Origin: Candidatus Woesearchaeota archaeon
Lineage (GTDB): Archaea; Nanobdellota; Nanobdellia; Woesearchaeales; GW2011-AR9
Length of the DNA: 48,408 nucleotides
Reading direction: 5' to 3'
Assembly (NCBI GenBank): GCA_018303045.1
Contig: JAGVYX010000013.1
Coordinates: forward strand, 1 to 48,408
Shown one piece after another: positions 34,553 to 43,362 of this stretch. The stretch's first letter is position 1. The number at the start of each line of letters is the position of its first letter. The notes below the pieces were generated by a model. The model worked only from the letters and a program-made list of their open reading frames with translations, did no database searches and was not told the origin of the DNA. The translations under genes and the position numbers were made by a program.

Positions 34553-34574
34553 TGCTGTGTTGTGCAACACGGCA
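34553..34574. repeat. 22-bp palindrome made of two MITE-type TIRs joined head to head
   Basis: In tgctgtgttg-tg-caacacggca the arms are 9 of 10 complementary. They match the TIR consensus gcYgtgttRca seen at 14095, 14190 and 39494. Confidence 0.7.
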
Positions 34575-34706
34575 GTATTTAATACTATACAGTTCTACTA
34601 TGATGGTGAGGTTCATCCTAATGTTTGACTAGAAAGGTTCCTGCTGGTGAAAGAAAAATAAAAAAATAGTTAACTTAATATATTTTGATTAAAACTAATA
34701 TTAGCC

Positions 34707-35477
34707 ATGCTTAAATTGTACCTTCGATCTTTCCGCTGGCACCAGGATTTATGGAAGCCATTTCTCATTGAGATGGTTGCTTTGCCAATTATTATTTTCA
34801 TCTGGCTAGGGTTAAGCCAACTGTTAACTAAAATTGCTTATTCTTTAAGCCAGGGGCGGCCTGTTGACCAATTAAAAGCGGCTTTGTTATCTTCTCCGGA
34901 AACAGCGCAGGCATTCGTCGCCTCAACCAAGTATTTCATTGCAGCCTTTATTGGCGGAACTTTATCAGCAATAATATTAACCATTTTCCTTTTTTCCCTG
35001 TCGCAGTCATTGATCTGGTCGGTAAAATCATCTAAATTGAAATTGCTGAAATGGGTTAATCTTCACCTGGCATTAATAGGAATTCTAATTTTATACGCTT
35101 TTCTTTATCTGGGATTTAATTTGTTATTTAACATTATCACCGCCTCTTCCATTGCTAAAAGCCTGCTCAATGGCTTGTTGCTGATAGTTTTTTTATTTTT
35201 TTTGTTTACTGCTTACCATTCTTTTTCCAGAATTCTGAAAGTAGGCGAATCTATAACCTATACTTTTAAAATAATCAAACAGAAGTTTAAACGCTACCTG
35301 TTTGCTTTTTTAATGGTTTTTGTAACGGGAGTTATTCTTTCATTAATCGTATCGGTTTTAAAAAAACAATTCTACTGGCAGATTATCGGCTGGCCTAAAT
35401 GGCTTTCGCTTTCCTTAGGATTAGCTCTTTTTCTGGCCTACCTTGCCTGGATGAGATTTTACGTCAGCAGAATTTAG
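34707..35477 (+). CDS. polytopic membrane protein, unknown function
   Basis: 256 aa with about 6 hydrophobic segments. Confidence 0.55.
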   Translation: MLKLYLRSFRWHQDLWKPFLIEMVALPIIIFIWLGLSQLLTKIAYSLSQGRPVDQLKAALLSSPETAQAFVASTKYFIAAFIGGTLSAIILTIFLFSLSQSLIWSVKSSKLKLLKWVNLHLALIGILILYAFLYLGFNLLFNIITASSIAKSLLNGLLLIVFLFFLFTAYHSFSRILKVGESITYTFKIIKQKFKRYLFAFLMVFVTGVILSLIVSVLKKQFYWQIIGWPKWLSLSLGLALFLAYLAWMRFYVSRI

Positions 35478-35493
35478 TCCTCTCCGCTAAGAA

Positions 35494-35526
35494 ATAAAGA
35501 GAATTTTGAATAATTCATTTTTTATC
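35494..35526 (+). terminator. shared terminator-like box (small palindrome tgaat-a-attca plus T run); copy 1 of 2
   Basis: ataaagagaattttgaataattcattttttatc compares with 47493-47526 (ataaagaactttgaataattcatatttttctttc). Both lie in convergent intergenic gaps. Confidence 0.4.
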
Positions 35527-35571
35527 AAAAAATCAGCAAAATCTCTATTTTTCAAAGTTCTCTAAAGAAAT

Positions 35572-35769
35572 TTATCCTTTCTTAAACTCAGCCGCCGCAT
35601 CAATCAAGTCCACATGGCCCTGAAATAAAGCCCGGCAACAATAGCGTTCTAAACCTACGGCATCCAGGGCTTTTTTTCCGGACTCGCCGCGTTCCAATCT
35701 CTCTAAATATTCCTGATGCAGATGTCCAACTGGTTTTCCGCAACTAAAACAACGAATGGGTATTAGCAT
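35572..35769 (-). CDS. rpoN: RNA polymerase subunit N (Rpo10)
   Basis: MLIPIRCFSCGKPVG...RYCCR. Confidence 0.9.
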   Translation of the reverse strand: MLIPIRCFSCGKPVGHLHQEYLERLERGESGKKALDAVGLERYCCRALFQGHVDLIDAAAEFKKG

Positions 35770-35793
35770 TTTATTTTACCTCGATGATCTTCT

Positions 35794-36183
35794 CTACCTA
35801 TAAGATTTTTGCCGCTTGTCTCTGGGCTTGGAATCGTTGGGCTTGCAGGCTTCGTTCTGCCGCACGTCGGCGACCAGCAATAAACGGTCATATTCATCAA
35901 ATACTTTTTTAAGTTTTTTGTCATGCTGCACTAAAGCTCTGGCAATAGCCAGCCTGATGGCGTCAGCCTGCCCATTTTCTCCGCCGCCGCGGCAGGTTAT
36001 AGTTAGATTAACATCATTATTTCCGGCAATGATCAAGGGCTCGCTGACTCTTAACCGCAAACTTTCATTGCTGTAGTTTCTAAGCAATTGCCCGTTGATA
36101 GTAATAGTTCCATTGCCTGGATAAAGGGCAACTCGGGCAATGGCTTGTTTCCGCTTACCTTTAGTAATGATTGGTTTTTTCAT
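35794..36183 (-). CDS. rps9: ribosomal protein S9 (uS9)
   Basis: GKRKQAIARV, GGGENGQADAIRLAIARAL, and a C-terminal KSYR are present. Confidence 0.95.
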   Translation of the reverse strand: MKKPIITKGKRKQAIARVALYPGNGTITINGQLLRNYSNESLRLRVSEPLIIAGNNDVNLTITCRGGGENGQADAIRLAIARALVQHDKKLKKVFDEYDRLLLVADVRQNEACKPNDSKPRDKRQKSYR

Positions 36184-36653
36184 GGTTTTTTGTTGTTCAT
36201 AAAGTATGAACCAAGGAAAATTGTTTCATTTTTCTCATTCCAGCCGATAGCTTTGCAGATTTCTCTAACCGTGATATATTTTAAGGTAGGCAGCTTTTTA
36301 ACCGAAGCTGTCTCCAAATTAATAAACTCTTTTCCCTGGAATTCTTCTGGGATTCCCCGGTAGCACATTACTCTCTTGAACGCTTCTTTTCCCCGGGTAA
36401 ATTTCCAGGGCAGCATGCCTCTTACCGTTCTGCGCACGTAGCGTTCCGGCAGGCGCGAATGCTTGGCGCTTTTTAAGGGATAGCCTTTCCGGTCCCTTCG
36501 GGCTTTAGCTAGCTGAAAAGTATTGCTTTTTTTCCCACTGACGATGGCTTTGTCGCAGTTAACAATGCGCACTTCTTCTCCCAGCAAGGCTGCCTTAGCC
36601 GCTGCTGAAGCCAGCCGCCCGAGAATTACTTCGTCGCCGTTATATATTTTCAT
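36180..36653 (-). CDS. rpl13: ribosomal protein L13 (uL13)
   Basis: GRLASAAAKAALLGEEVRIVNCDKAIVSG and VRGMLP are present. Confidence 0.9.
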   Translation of the reverse strand: MKIYNGDEVILGRLASAAAKAALLGEEVRIVNCDKAIVSGKKSNTFQLAKARRDRKGYPLKSAKHSRLPERYVRRTVRGMLPWKFTRGKEAFKRVMCYRGIPEEFQGKEFINLETASVKKLPTLKYITVREICKAIGWNEKNETIFLGSYFMNNKKP

Positions 36654-37006
36654 CCTAAGATCCTCACGTTTTTTCCATCGGGATTTTGCTGAATTAATTC
36701 TGGAATAGTCAGCGTTTTTCCTTCAGCCTGCTCTATCTTTTGCCGCGCTTCGCTGGAAAAATCAAAAGCCGCCACTTGAACTTTCTTGCTGATTTCTCCA
36801 ACACTAAGCACTTTTCCAGGAACTAAAACGGTCTCCCCGTCTTTAGCGTATTTATTGATCTTGTAAACATTAACTGCTCTTCGCTGGCGCGAAGGCTTTT
36901 TTAAATCCAGCCATACCCGCTTCCAAAACTTGTTTCCCATGGCCTTATTTTCTAATTCTAACAATAACTGCTGCAATTGAAAATTGGTCGGGCCAGATCG
37001 AATCAT
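36650..37006 (-). CDS. rpl18e: ribosomal protein L18e (eL18)
   Basis: I set the start at the internal ATG 37006 (MIRSGPTN), which has a GGAGG 10 nt upstream. The track ORF extends to 37045. Confidence 0.8.
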   Translation of the reverse strand: MIRSGPTNFQLQQLLLELENKAMGNKFWKRVWLDLKKPSRQRRAVNVYKINKYAKDGETVLVPGKVLSVGEISKKVQVAAFDFSSEARQKIEQAEGKTLTIPELIQQNPDGKNVRILG

Positions 37007-37058
37007 GCTTAAAAATCCTCCAGATTTCCAGCAGATACAGAACATTTAATTTTTGTTA

Positions 37059-37841
37059 TCATAATAATTTCTCCATTGCTTCGATTTTTTCGGCTAGAAT
37101 CTGAGCCGTTTGCTGCAAAATTTCCCTGCAGGACAACTGCCCCCAACTTTCCATGGTGAAAATTATATTGTCGGTATAACTTAACTGGACTCCTTTGTCC
37201 AGTTCGCTGTACAGCTCCAACAGATTGCTTTCATACAATTTTTCCTGATTAACTTTGACTTTGCTGCCGGAAATTTCCAATACCCCGTCGGAGCATTTTT
37301 TAGCCAACAATTCTGGATTTTGCGCTTTGCTGATAGTTAATACCGGCTCTTTTTTGTAAAAAGCTGCTCCTGGAGACCATTTGGCATGTTCCTTTCCTTG
37401 TCCTAGAACCGCTTTCATGACCACATCCACTTTCTGCTTGGCGATTAATTTCACAATAGGCGTTTCCGGATAAACAAAAACGCACTTGGGATCAGAACTA
37501 GCCGCTTCAGAAGCGAAAACCATTCCTTTCTTGCCAGCTTTCAGAGTCAAGATTAGTTCGCACTGGGCGCAGCCTTCTCCCTGGCATTTGCACTGCTGTT
37601 TTAGGTTGTAACTTTTTAAGTCGGTTTTGAGGGGCATCAAGGCTAGCCTTAAGCCCAGCATTTCATCATACAGGGCGGAGTTGTTGTCTTTAATTTCTAA
37701 ATCTTCCACAGCTAAGGTAGGAACTTCTTCGATGATTAACCTTCTAATCGTATTAGCCAGCGCTTCATCGGCCCCTTTAATTAAGAAAGATAATTTTCCT
37801 TTCTTTTTTTCTTCTTTTAACTTTTCTAATTTGATGGCCAT
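37059..37841 (-). CDS. rpoD: RNA polymerase subunit D (Rpo3)
   Basis: ANTIRRLIIEEVPTLAVEDLEI and the Cys cluster CKCQGEGCAQC are present, and the operon position fits. Confidence 0.9.
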   Translation of the reverse strand: MAIKLEKLKEEKKKGKLSFLIKGADEALANTIRRLIIEEVPTLAVEDLEIKDNNSALYDEMLGLRLALMPLKTDLKSYNLKQQCKCQGEGCAQCELILTLKAGKKGMVFASEAASSDPKCVFVYPETPIVKLIAKQKVDVVMKAVLGQGKEHAKWSPGAAFYKKEPVLTISKAQNPELLAKKCSDGVLEISGSKVKVNQEKLYESNLLELYSELDKGVQLSYTDNIIFTMESWGQLSCREILQQTAQILAEKIEAMEKLL

Positions 37842-37843
37842 TT

Positions 37844-38284
37844 TTAAACCCGTCTTCCTCTCCGACCGCCTTTAGCCCGGCAGCCATTGTGCGGCTCAGG
37901 CGTTACTTCTTCGATTTTGCCGATTCTAATTCCTGCCCTGGATAAAGCGCGGATAGCTGCCTGAGCTCCCGAGCCTGGAGTTTTCGGACCGTTATGCCCG
38001 CCCTTTGATCTTACTTTGATGTATAACCCACTGATGCCTTTTTCCCGGCAGATCTCCGCGGCTTTTTTAGCTAAAGCCATCGCGGCGGTGGGCGAGCTTT
38101 CCAGACGGTCTTGTTTAACCATTTGCCCGCCGCTGGTTCGGGCTAAAGTTTCCGTTCCCGTGATATCGGTAACGGTTAAGATAGTATTATTATAACTGGA
38201 ATAAAGATGAGCGATGCCCCAGCGAATTTTTCTTGCATCAACGGAAGCTGCCGGGGATTCATGATAGTTGGTTTTAGGCCTCAT
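37844..38284 (-). CDS. rps11: ribosomal protein S11 (uS11)
   Basis: [18 protein letters not shown] and [11 protein letters not shown] are present. Confidence 0.95.
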   Translation of the reverse strand: MRPKTNYHESPAASVDARKIRWGIAHLYSSYNNTILTVTDITGTETLARTSGGQMVKQDRLESSPTAAMALAKKAAEICREKGISGLYIKVRSKGGHNGPKTPGSGAQAAIRALSRAGIRIGKIEEVTPEPHNGCRAKGGRRGRRV

Positions 38285-38868
38285 GATTCTAACTCCCCGC
38301 TAGTTTTAGCCTCCATGCTGGTTTGCTGCGCTGCCTGCTCAACCGATTCTACAGGTTTTCTGACCCGTTCGGGATGATCTTCTGAAGCCAATGTTGATTT
38401 CGGCTTAAACCGAATTTGGCTTTCCTCTTCTAAGGAAACCAGGTAGGATGGCGAAGTTCGTTCCATTTCGCCAATAACAATATGCCGGTGAATGATGAAT
38501 TGTCTGGCCTGATTCATGCTTCTAGCTAAGCCTTTCCGGCAAACCATGCTTTGCAGTCTTCTTTCTAAAACATTTTTAATTTCTAAGGTTAAAATCTGGT
38601 ATAATTCTGAGCTGACAGGCAATAATCCTAATCGGGCTAATTTGCCCAGCACTTGGGCTTTTTCCTTTTCCTTCTGTGCGGTTTTATGCGCTGTCAACTG
38701 TTTAGAGATAGTTTTGTATTTTTTTAAAAATGAGCTGGCAATAAGAATTTCTTTAGTATTCTTCAACCCGTATTCCTGTTTTAATTTTTTCCCGGTTTCA
38801 ATAGCCTGCTTATTCCAAGGGTGCGCCTGCGTCCAATAATTCTTTTTTAATTTTTTAGGATCTCCCAT
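38281..38868 (-). CDS. rps4: ribosomal protein S4 (uS4)
   Basis: An S4 domain ([27 protein letters not shown]) is present and the operon position fits. Confidence 0.9.
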   Translation of the reverse strand: MGDPKKLKKNYWTQAHPWNKQAIETGKKLKQEYGLKNTKEILIASSFLKKYKTISKQLTAHKTAQKEKEKAQVLGKLARLGLLPVSSELYQILTLEIKNVLERRLQSMVCRKGLARSMNQARQFIIHRHIVIGEMERTSPSYLVSLEEESQIRFKPKSTLASEDHPERVRKPVESVEQAAQQTSMEAKTSGELES

Positions 38869-38897
38869 TGTTTAATTGCCTATTTTCTAGCCCCCCC

Positions 38898-39392
38898 CTA
38901 TTTCTTCTCCTTCGTCTTTTCTTTCGCGGCTGGCGCTGCCGCTTTCTTTTTAACACCGACGACTTTTCCTTTATTTCTTCTAAAGTTAGACCTGGTCCTT
39001 TGGCCTCTTACCGTCAGGCCTTTGATATGCCGGACTCCGCGGTATGATTTTATTTTCTTTAATCGTTTAAGATCATTATCTTTAAAAAAGGCTAATGCTC
39101 CAGTAATAATGTGCATATCCTGTCCGGTTTCATAATCCTTCTTTCGATTAAACATCCAGGAGGGAATAGTTTTGTTGTTGTTAATACTGTCAATGGCCTG
39201 GTTAATTCTAGAAATTTCCTGATCAGATAATTCTCCGGTCCGGGCATGTTTGTTTACTCCGGAAACCGCGCAAATAACGTCAGCTAAATTTACGCCAATC
39301 CCCTTGATTCTTTGCATAGCAAACCTGATAACTTTATCGCCAGGCAAATCAATATTGGCAATCCTAACAATGTGTTTGTATTCCTGATTCAT
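38898..39392 (-). CDS. rps13: ribosomal protein S13 (uS13)
   Basis: IVRIANIDLPGDK, IKGIG, and YRGVRHIKGLTVRGQRT are present. Confidence 0.95.
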   Translation of the reverse strand: MNQEYKHIVRIANIDLPGDKVIRFAMQRIKGIGVNLADVICAVSGVNKHARTGELSDQEISRINQAIDSINNNKTIPSWMFNRKKDYETGQDMHIITGALAFFKDNDLKRLKKIKSYRGVRHIKGLTVRGQRTRSNFRRNKGKVVGVKKKAAAPAAKEKTKEKK

Positions 39393-39401
39393 GTTTAAAG
39401 A

Positions 39402-39438
39402 GAGAATTCACACCAGTAAGCCCTTAAGCGCGTGAACT
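39402..39438 (-). promoter_or_regulatory. 5'-leader hairpin of the S13 operon
   Basis: In minus-strand RNA, gagttcacgc pairs with gtgtgaattctc (about 12 bp, one bulge, one G-U). The hairpin ends 9 nt before the S13 ATG. Confidence 0.4.
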
Positions 39439-39493
39439 CGGACTGAATATTGGCTTAATTAGGCAGTTATTTATAAAGGTTTTGCTGGGGTTT

Positions 39494-39591
39494 GCTGTGT
39501 TGCATAAATACGAAATAAACAATCAATAATTACAGAAAGTCAGAGTTTGATTAAAATATTTTAGCGATTTTTGATTAAAAGTTGAATTATG
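39494..39591. mobile_element. degenerate second copy of the MITE-like element (right TIR lost)
   Basis: It is collinear with 14095-14191 at roughly 70% identity by eye. Shared blocks are gctgtgttgcataaata, tcaatRatta, gattaaa, and atttagcRaYttttgattaaaa..gaattatg. Confidence 0.5.
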
Positions 39592-39628
39592 TTAGATAAG
39601 AATTCTAGTCCAATTAACCTTCATCCGC

Positions 39629-40792
39629 TTAAATAAACTCCACTTCAATTTCCAGCTGGTCGGCTGTAGGCGTTTCCTGCACCAGAGCTGCCTGCAATCC
39701 CAATTTAGTTAACTCTTTCCTGAACCGGCGGGCATTAGAAGTAGAAAGTAAAATTCGCAGCTTATCGCTATCTACTATTAATTCCTCTTCCTTAAGATTA
39801 AGTTTCTGTTTTATTTTCCCGGCGAGCGGATTTAACCTCTCCAGAAATTTTTCTTTATTGGCTTGCTTTAGCCTCTGCCGGTAACTGATCCCAGGAGATA
39901 AATCCGGAAGGTATAAAGCGCCTCTAATTAACAGGCCTTCAGAATTAACCTGATCAAATGGCCGCTTCATTTGCTGCGATTCTAATTTCAGGCGGTTGCG
40001 CAATTGAACCTTTTCTTTTAATTTAGCTGTGCATAAATGGACAGTATAAGAATACTTTTGCTCGCGGACATAAGCCATTATTTCTTTGCCGGCATCCACC
40101 GATCCCCGTACAGCATAACTGAACTGATGAATAGTTTTCATTCCTTTCAGATCCAGCTGAGAACGGCGGTTATCGGCCCGTTCCAGCTCGTTTAGATTAA
40201 AAAAATCAACCTGGCCCTGAATAAAATCAGCCACTCGTTTCATTTCTGCAATCTTAGTGGGGATGCAGGGAATTTCCACGCCAATCTTCCACGGAAATTT
40301 TCCAGCCAGAATTAAATTTTTCCAGAACTGCTGGTCTTCTAAGTCTAAATGAAACCTGATTTCGTCTAATCCAGCTTCAGCTAGTTCTTTCAATGCAGGT
40401 TCGGTGGCCAAATTAAGCGAAGTGTACAAGTGAAGATGAAATGACGAGCCAAAGGTTTTCTTCAGCTCTTGAATATACCTTACTGTCCGCTTCCGGCTCA
40501 TCAGCGGATCCCCGCCAGTAATCCCAGCGCCTTTAGCCTGCATCAGGCGCGCTTCCTTAATCACTGGTTCTGGAGACAAATCCGGAGACAAAATTTCCCG
40601 CTCATTGGCATAGGCTGCATCATGGCCGTATTTCTGGTCGGAAATAGGGCAGAAGTAACAATCCCTCGGGCAAAGCCCGGTTGCAAACAGAACCAGCTTT
40701 TCTCCGCGGACGCAGTACTGGCAGCCTTCCGGCAGAGAGCCAGAATTATAAGAAAAATACTTGTTCTCTGGAAATAGATTGGATTTAACCAT
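39629..40792 (-). CDS. radical SAM protein (COG2108-like)
   Basis: The CPRDCYFCP motif fits CxxxCxxC, and a GGDPL block is present. Confidence 0.75.
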   Translation of the reverse strand: MVKSNLFPENKYFSYNSGSLPEGCQYCVRGEKLVLFATGLCPRDCYFCPISDQKYGHDAAYANEREILSPDLSPEPVIKEARLMQAKGAGITGGDPLMSRKRTVRYIQELKKTFGSSFHLHLYTSLNLATEPALKELAEAGLDEIRFHLDLEDQQFWKNLILAGKFPWKIGVEIPCIPTKIAEMKRVADFIQGQVDFFNLNELERADNRRSQLDLKGMKTIHQFSYAVRGSVDAGKEIMAYVREQKYSYTVHLCTAKLKEKVQLRNRLKLESQQMKRPFDQVNSEGLLIRGALYLPDLSPGISYRQRLKQANKEKFLERLNPLAGKIKQKLNLKEEELIVDSDKLRILLSTSNARRFRKELTKLGLQAALVQETPTADQLEIEVEFI

Positions 40793-40917
40793 TTTTTAAG
40801 AAGAATTCAGCCTGATTTTTAAAACTGTTTAATGAAAAAATAAATTTTGTTTTTTCCCTGTAAGGAAATCTTCAGGATATACTAAATATTTTTAAATCAC
40901 TGCTGTTTATTCTGATT

Positions 40918-41508
40918 ATGATTAATGTTTATTTGTTTGATCTGGATGACACGCTTATTGACTCCAGAATTTATGCTAAATTATATCAGCCGGTTCTTCA
41001 AGTAGTGAAAGACAAAACTGGATTAACAGGAGAAAAATTGGATAAACAAGCCAGATTATTAGGGTTAGCCAAAAATAAATACGGAAGGTGGGATACCGGC
41101 GACCTTTGCAGAGAATTAGGGCTTCTGGAGGAATATTATAAAGAATTAAACAAGTTAATAGCTATTGTTCCAGTTTTGCATGACGCTGTTGAAAAAGTAT
41201 TCCGGAAACTAAAAAATAAAGGAGGAAGAATAGGCATAGTTTCTAATTCTCAGTCTAGAACCATCAACACCTATGTTTTAAAATACAATTTAGGGGATTA
41301 TGTTGATTTTATCTTCTCGCCAGATGATGCCGGATGCAGGAAAGATGATGATAATTATTGGAAAATATTAATTAAAAAAGAAAAATTAAATCCAGAAACC
41401 TGCCTCATTATTGGAGATAATGAACAAGAGGATATAAAAATTCCGCAGAAGTTTGGATTTAAAACAGTTCATCTGAAAACTCCCACGGATTTAGGCACAG
41501 TTCAATAA
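40918..41508 (+). CDS. HAD-superfamily hydrolase
   Basis: YLFDLDDTLI (motif I), VSNS (motif II) and IGDNEQED (motif IV) are present. Confidence 0.8.
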   Translation: MINVYLFDLDDTLIDSRIYAKLYQPVLQVVKDKTGLTGEKLDKQARLLGLAKNKYGRWDTGDLCRELGLLEEYYKELNKLIAIVPVLHDAVEKVFRKLKNKGGRIGIVSNSQSRTINTYVLKYNLGDYVDFIFSPDDAGCRKDDDNYWKILIKKEKLNPETCLIIGDNEQEDIKIPQKFGFKTVHLKTPTDLGTVQ

Positions 41509-41536
41509 GCGTTAAATAAAGATAATATATGGGGCT

Positions 41537-42013
41537 CTATTTTTCCAGTAGGAGTCTGATGTTTTTAATGAAAGTCATAGCATTCTGTATTGATTGTTCT
41601 GCTGGTTCTTTATTTGCTTGAGGAATAGTTTGATAGGTAAAATGCCCTCGCTTCCATTTTTCATCTCTGAATATCTGCAAGAGTCCATCTGCTCTGACTA
41701 TCATCTTTTGATAAATCTTAAGGAGCTCCATATCCAAGATTCCAGTTTTAACAAAATGCTCTTCAAATGCTTCATACGTCTTTTTATGAACATCAGGCAT
41801 CTCCGTTTTAATGCCTTTAGTAAGAAGAATCGCTTTTGCTCCATAAAAGATACCATAATAGGAATGAGAAATAACCGAGCTAAAGAAAGTCGTCTCTTCG
41901 TCTATTTGAAATTCCTGCTTTTTCTTCAGGTCATTTGAGACCGCGAATAACAATTTTGCCGCGCTGATTTCATTAAGCGCTCTTTGCAAATAAATTTTAG
42001 CCGTTGAATCCAT
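41537..42013 (-). CDS. HEPN domain protein
   Basis: A..YLQRALNEISAAKLLF and SHSYYGIFYGAKAILLTKGI are typical HEPN helices. It overlaps the MNT gene by 17 nt. Confidence 0.7.
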   Translation of the reverse strand: MDSTAKIYLQRALNEISAAKLLFAVSNDLKKKQEFQIDEETTFFSSVISHSYYGIFYGAKAILLTKGIKTEMPDVHKKTYEAFEEHFVKTGILDMELLKIYQKMIVRADGLLQIFRDEKWKRGHFTYQTIPQANKEPAEQSIQNAMTFIKNIRLLLEK

Positions 42014-42635
42014 GGTTAATCGCTTCCAGCAGTATTGAATAATAAGCTTTTCCTCCAGTTATTATTAAATTATTCCTAGCAATCTCTTTCCCATAATTTT
42101 CTTCTTTGGTTATAAGCATTTGATAAAATTGCTCTTGCGTGAATAGATAAGGGTGAACTTCCGGGATCGTTAATTCCGATTCTAATTTTATTTGAGAGAG
42201 AATCGCATTAGGCTCTTGTTTGTTATCACAAATAATGACAATATCCAGATCAGAAGTTTCTTTTTGCTTGGCTTTGGCATAGCTTCCTGTAACAACAAAA
42301 ATATAGAAAACAGTTTTAAGTTTGTTAATTAGTTTTTGAATACTTTTATGAGGGATATGCTTAGCAGTATTCGCTCTGTGCTCAGCTATAAAACCAACGG
42401 TGTTCAATGCCGATATATTCATCGCTAAGGAATATACAAGATTGTTGCCTATTTTTTGCTCCTGGAGAACTTCTAAAGCCACAAAGCGCTTTAGGACAGT
42501 ATGGACATAGTTGTCTGATTTATTACAGGAGAGTTTCTTAATTTCTTTAAATGTAAACTTCTTCCACGCTTCTTTTGCAAATGGTTCCAATATGGTATAT
42601 TTTTTGGTTAACATTTTATTCCGGCTATTTTCCAA
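41997..42635 (-). CDS. minimal nucleotidyltransferase (MNT) with N-terminal wHTH-like region
   Basis: GSYAKAKQKETSDLDIVI fits the GSx(n)SDxD motif. Confidence 0.75.
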   Translation of the reverse strand: MENSRNKMLTKKYTILEPFAKEAWKKFTFKEIKKLSCNKSDNYVHTVLKRFVALEVLQEQKIGNNLVYSLAMNISALNTVGFIAEHRANTAKHIPHKSIQKLINKLKTVFYIFVVTGSYAKAKQKETSDLDIVIICDNKQEPNAILSQIKLESELTIPEVHPYLFTQEQFYQMLITKEENYGKEIARNNLIITGGKAYYSILLEAINHGFNG

Positions 42636-42755
42636 TTTTTAGGAATGATTGTTCCAATTTAATGGAATTATATAAATGTTTCTAATTTTAATGACAATCA
42701 ATAAGCGGTAAGAAGGAATTCTCTTCAACAGTCCTCCTTCATTAAAAACCAATTC

Positions 42756-43298
42756 TCACTTCACTGCCACATAAAACCTCTGCGCATTGCCATAATTTTC
42801 TCCAGACGGCAAAACTACTCTTGCCTTAAAGAAATATTGCCCGGAAGGCGCATCTTTTGGGATTTTTATTAAAATGGATTCCTTAACATTCTCGCCTTCC
42901 AACAGAGTTAATTCCTGGGAATTATACCGCGCCCATTCGGCAGGATTAACTGTTAAGGCTGCCTCATTTCCCTGAGCATCAATCAACTTATCAAATTCTA
43001 CCTGCAACTTGAAACTCGTTCCCACTTCGCCGGTATTCAAAATGCCTATGCCAAAAATATGCCTCTCGCCCCGTTGCACCGCTGCTGTATGGAAAGGCAA
43101 AGCCACCTGCTGCCCCTGTCCAACCAGCAAGTCATTTAATCTCTGCTCTGTTCTCTGATCTAATTGCTCTTTAATCTCTTCGGCTCCGCCAATTAAATTG
43201 TTTAGCAGAACTATGCCGCCGGCAAGAATGACTAAGGAAATGATGATTATAACAATCATATTCAGAGATAAGTCAATTGTAGCTCTAGGATTCATCAT
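42756..43298 (-). CDS. archaeal type IV pilin-like protein (class III signal peptide)
   Basis: A short polar N-terminus is followed by IDLSLNMIVIIIISLVILAGG. It is paralogous to 44394..44927. Confidence 0.6.
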   Translation of the reverse strand: MMNPRATIDLSLNMIVIIIISLVILAGGIVLLNNLIGGAEEIKEQLDQRTEQRLNDLLVGQGQQVALPFHTAAVQRGERHIFGIGILNTGEVGTSFKLQVEFDKLIDAQGNEAALTVNPAEWARYNSQELTLLEGENVKESILIKIPKDAPSGQYFFKARVVLPSGENYGNAQRFYVAVK

Positions 43299-43362
43299 AC
43301 TAATTCTAATTCACGAAAGTATATAAAATTGACGCTGGACTAAAATCTATTAATGAGGTGAG

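Noticed and set aside
34685-34694. ttgattaaaa as the TATA box of a leaderless mRNA for the 34707 gene
   Set aside because: The spacing to the ATG is only 12 nt from the box end, which is too short. An upstream ttaatatat is a better TATA candidate, so no promoter call was made.
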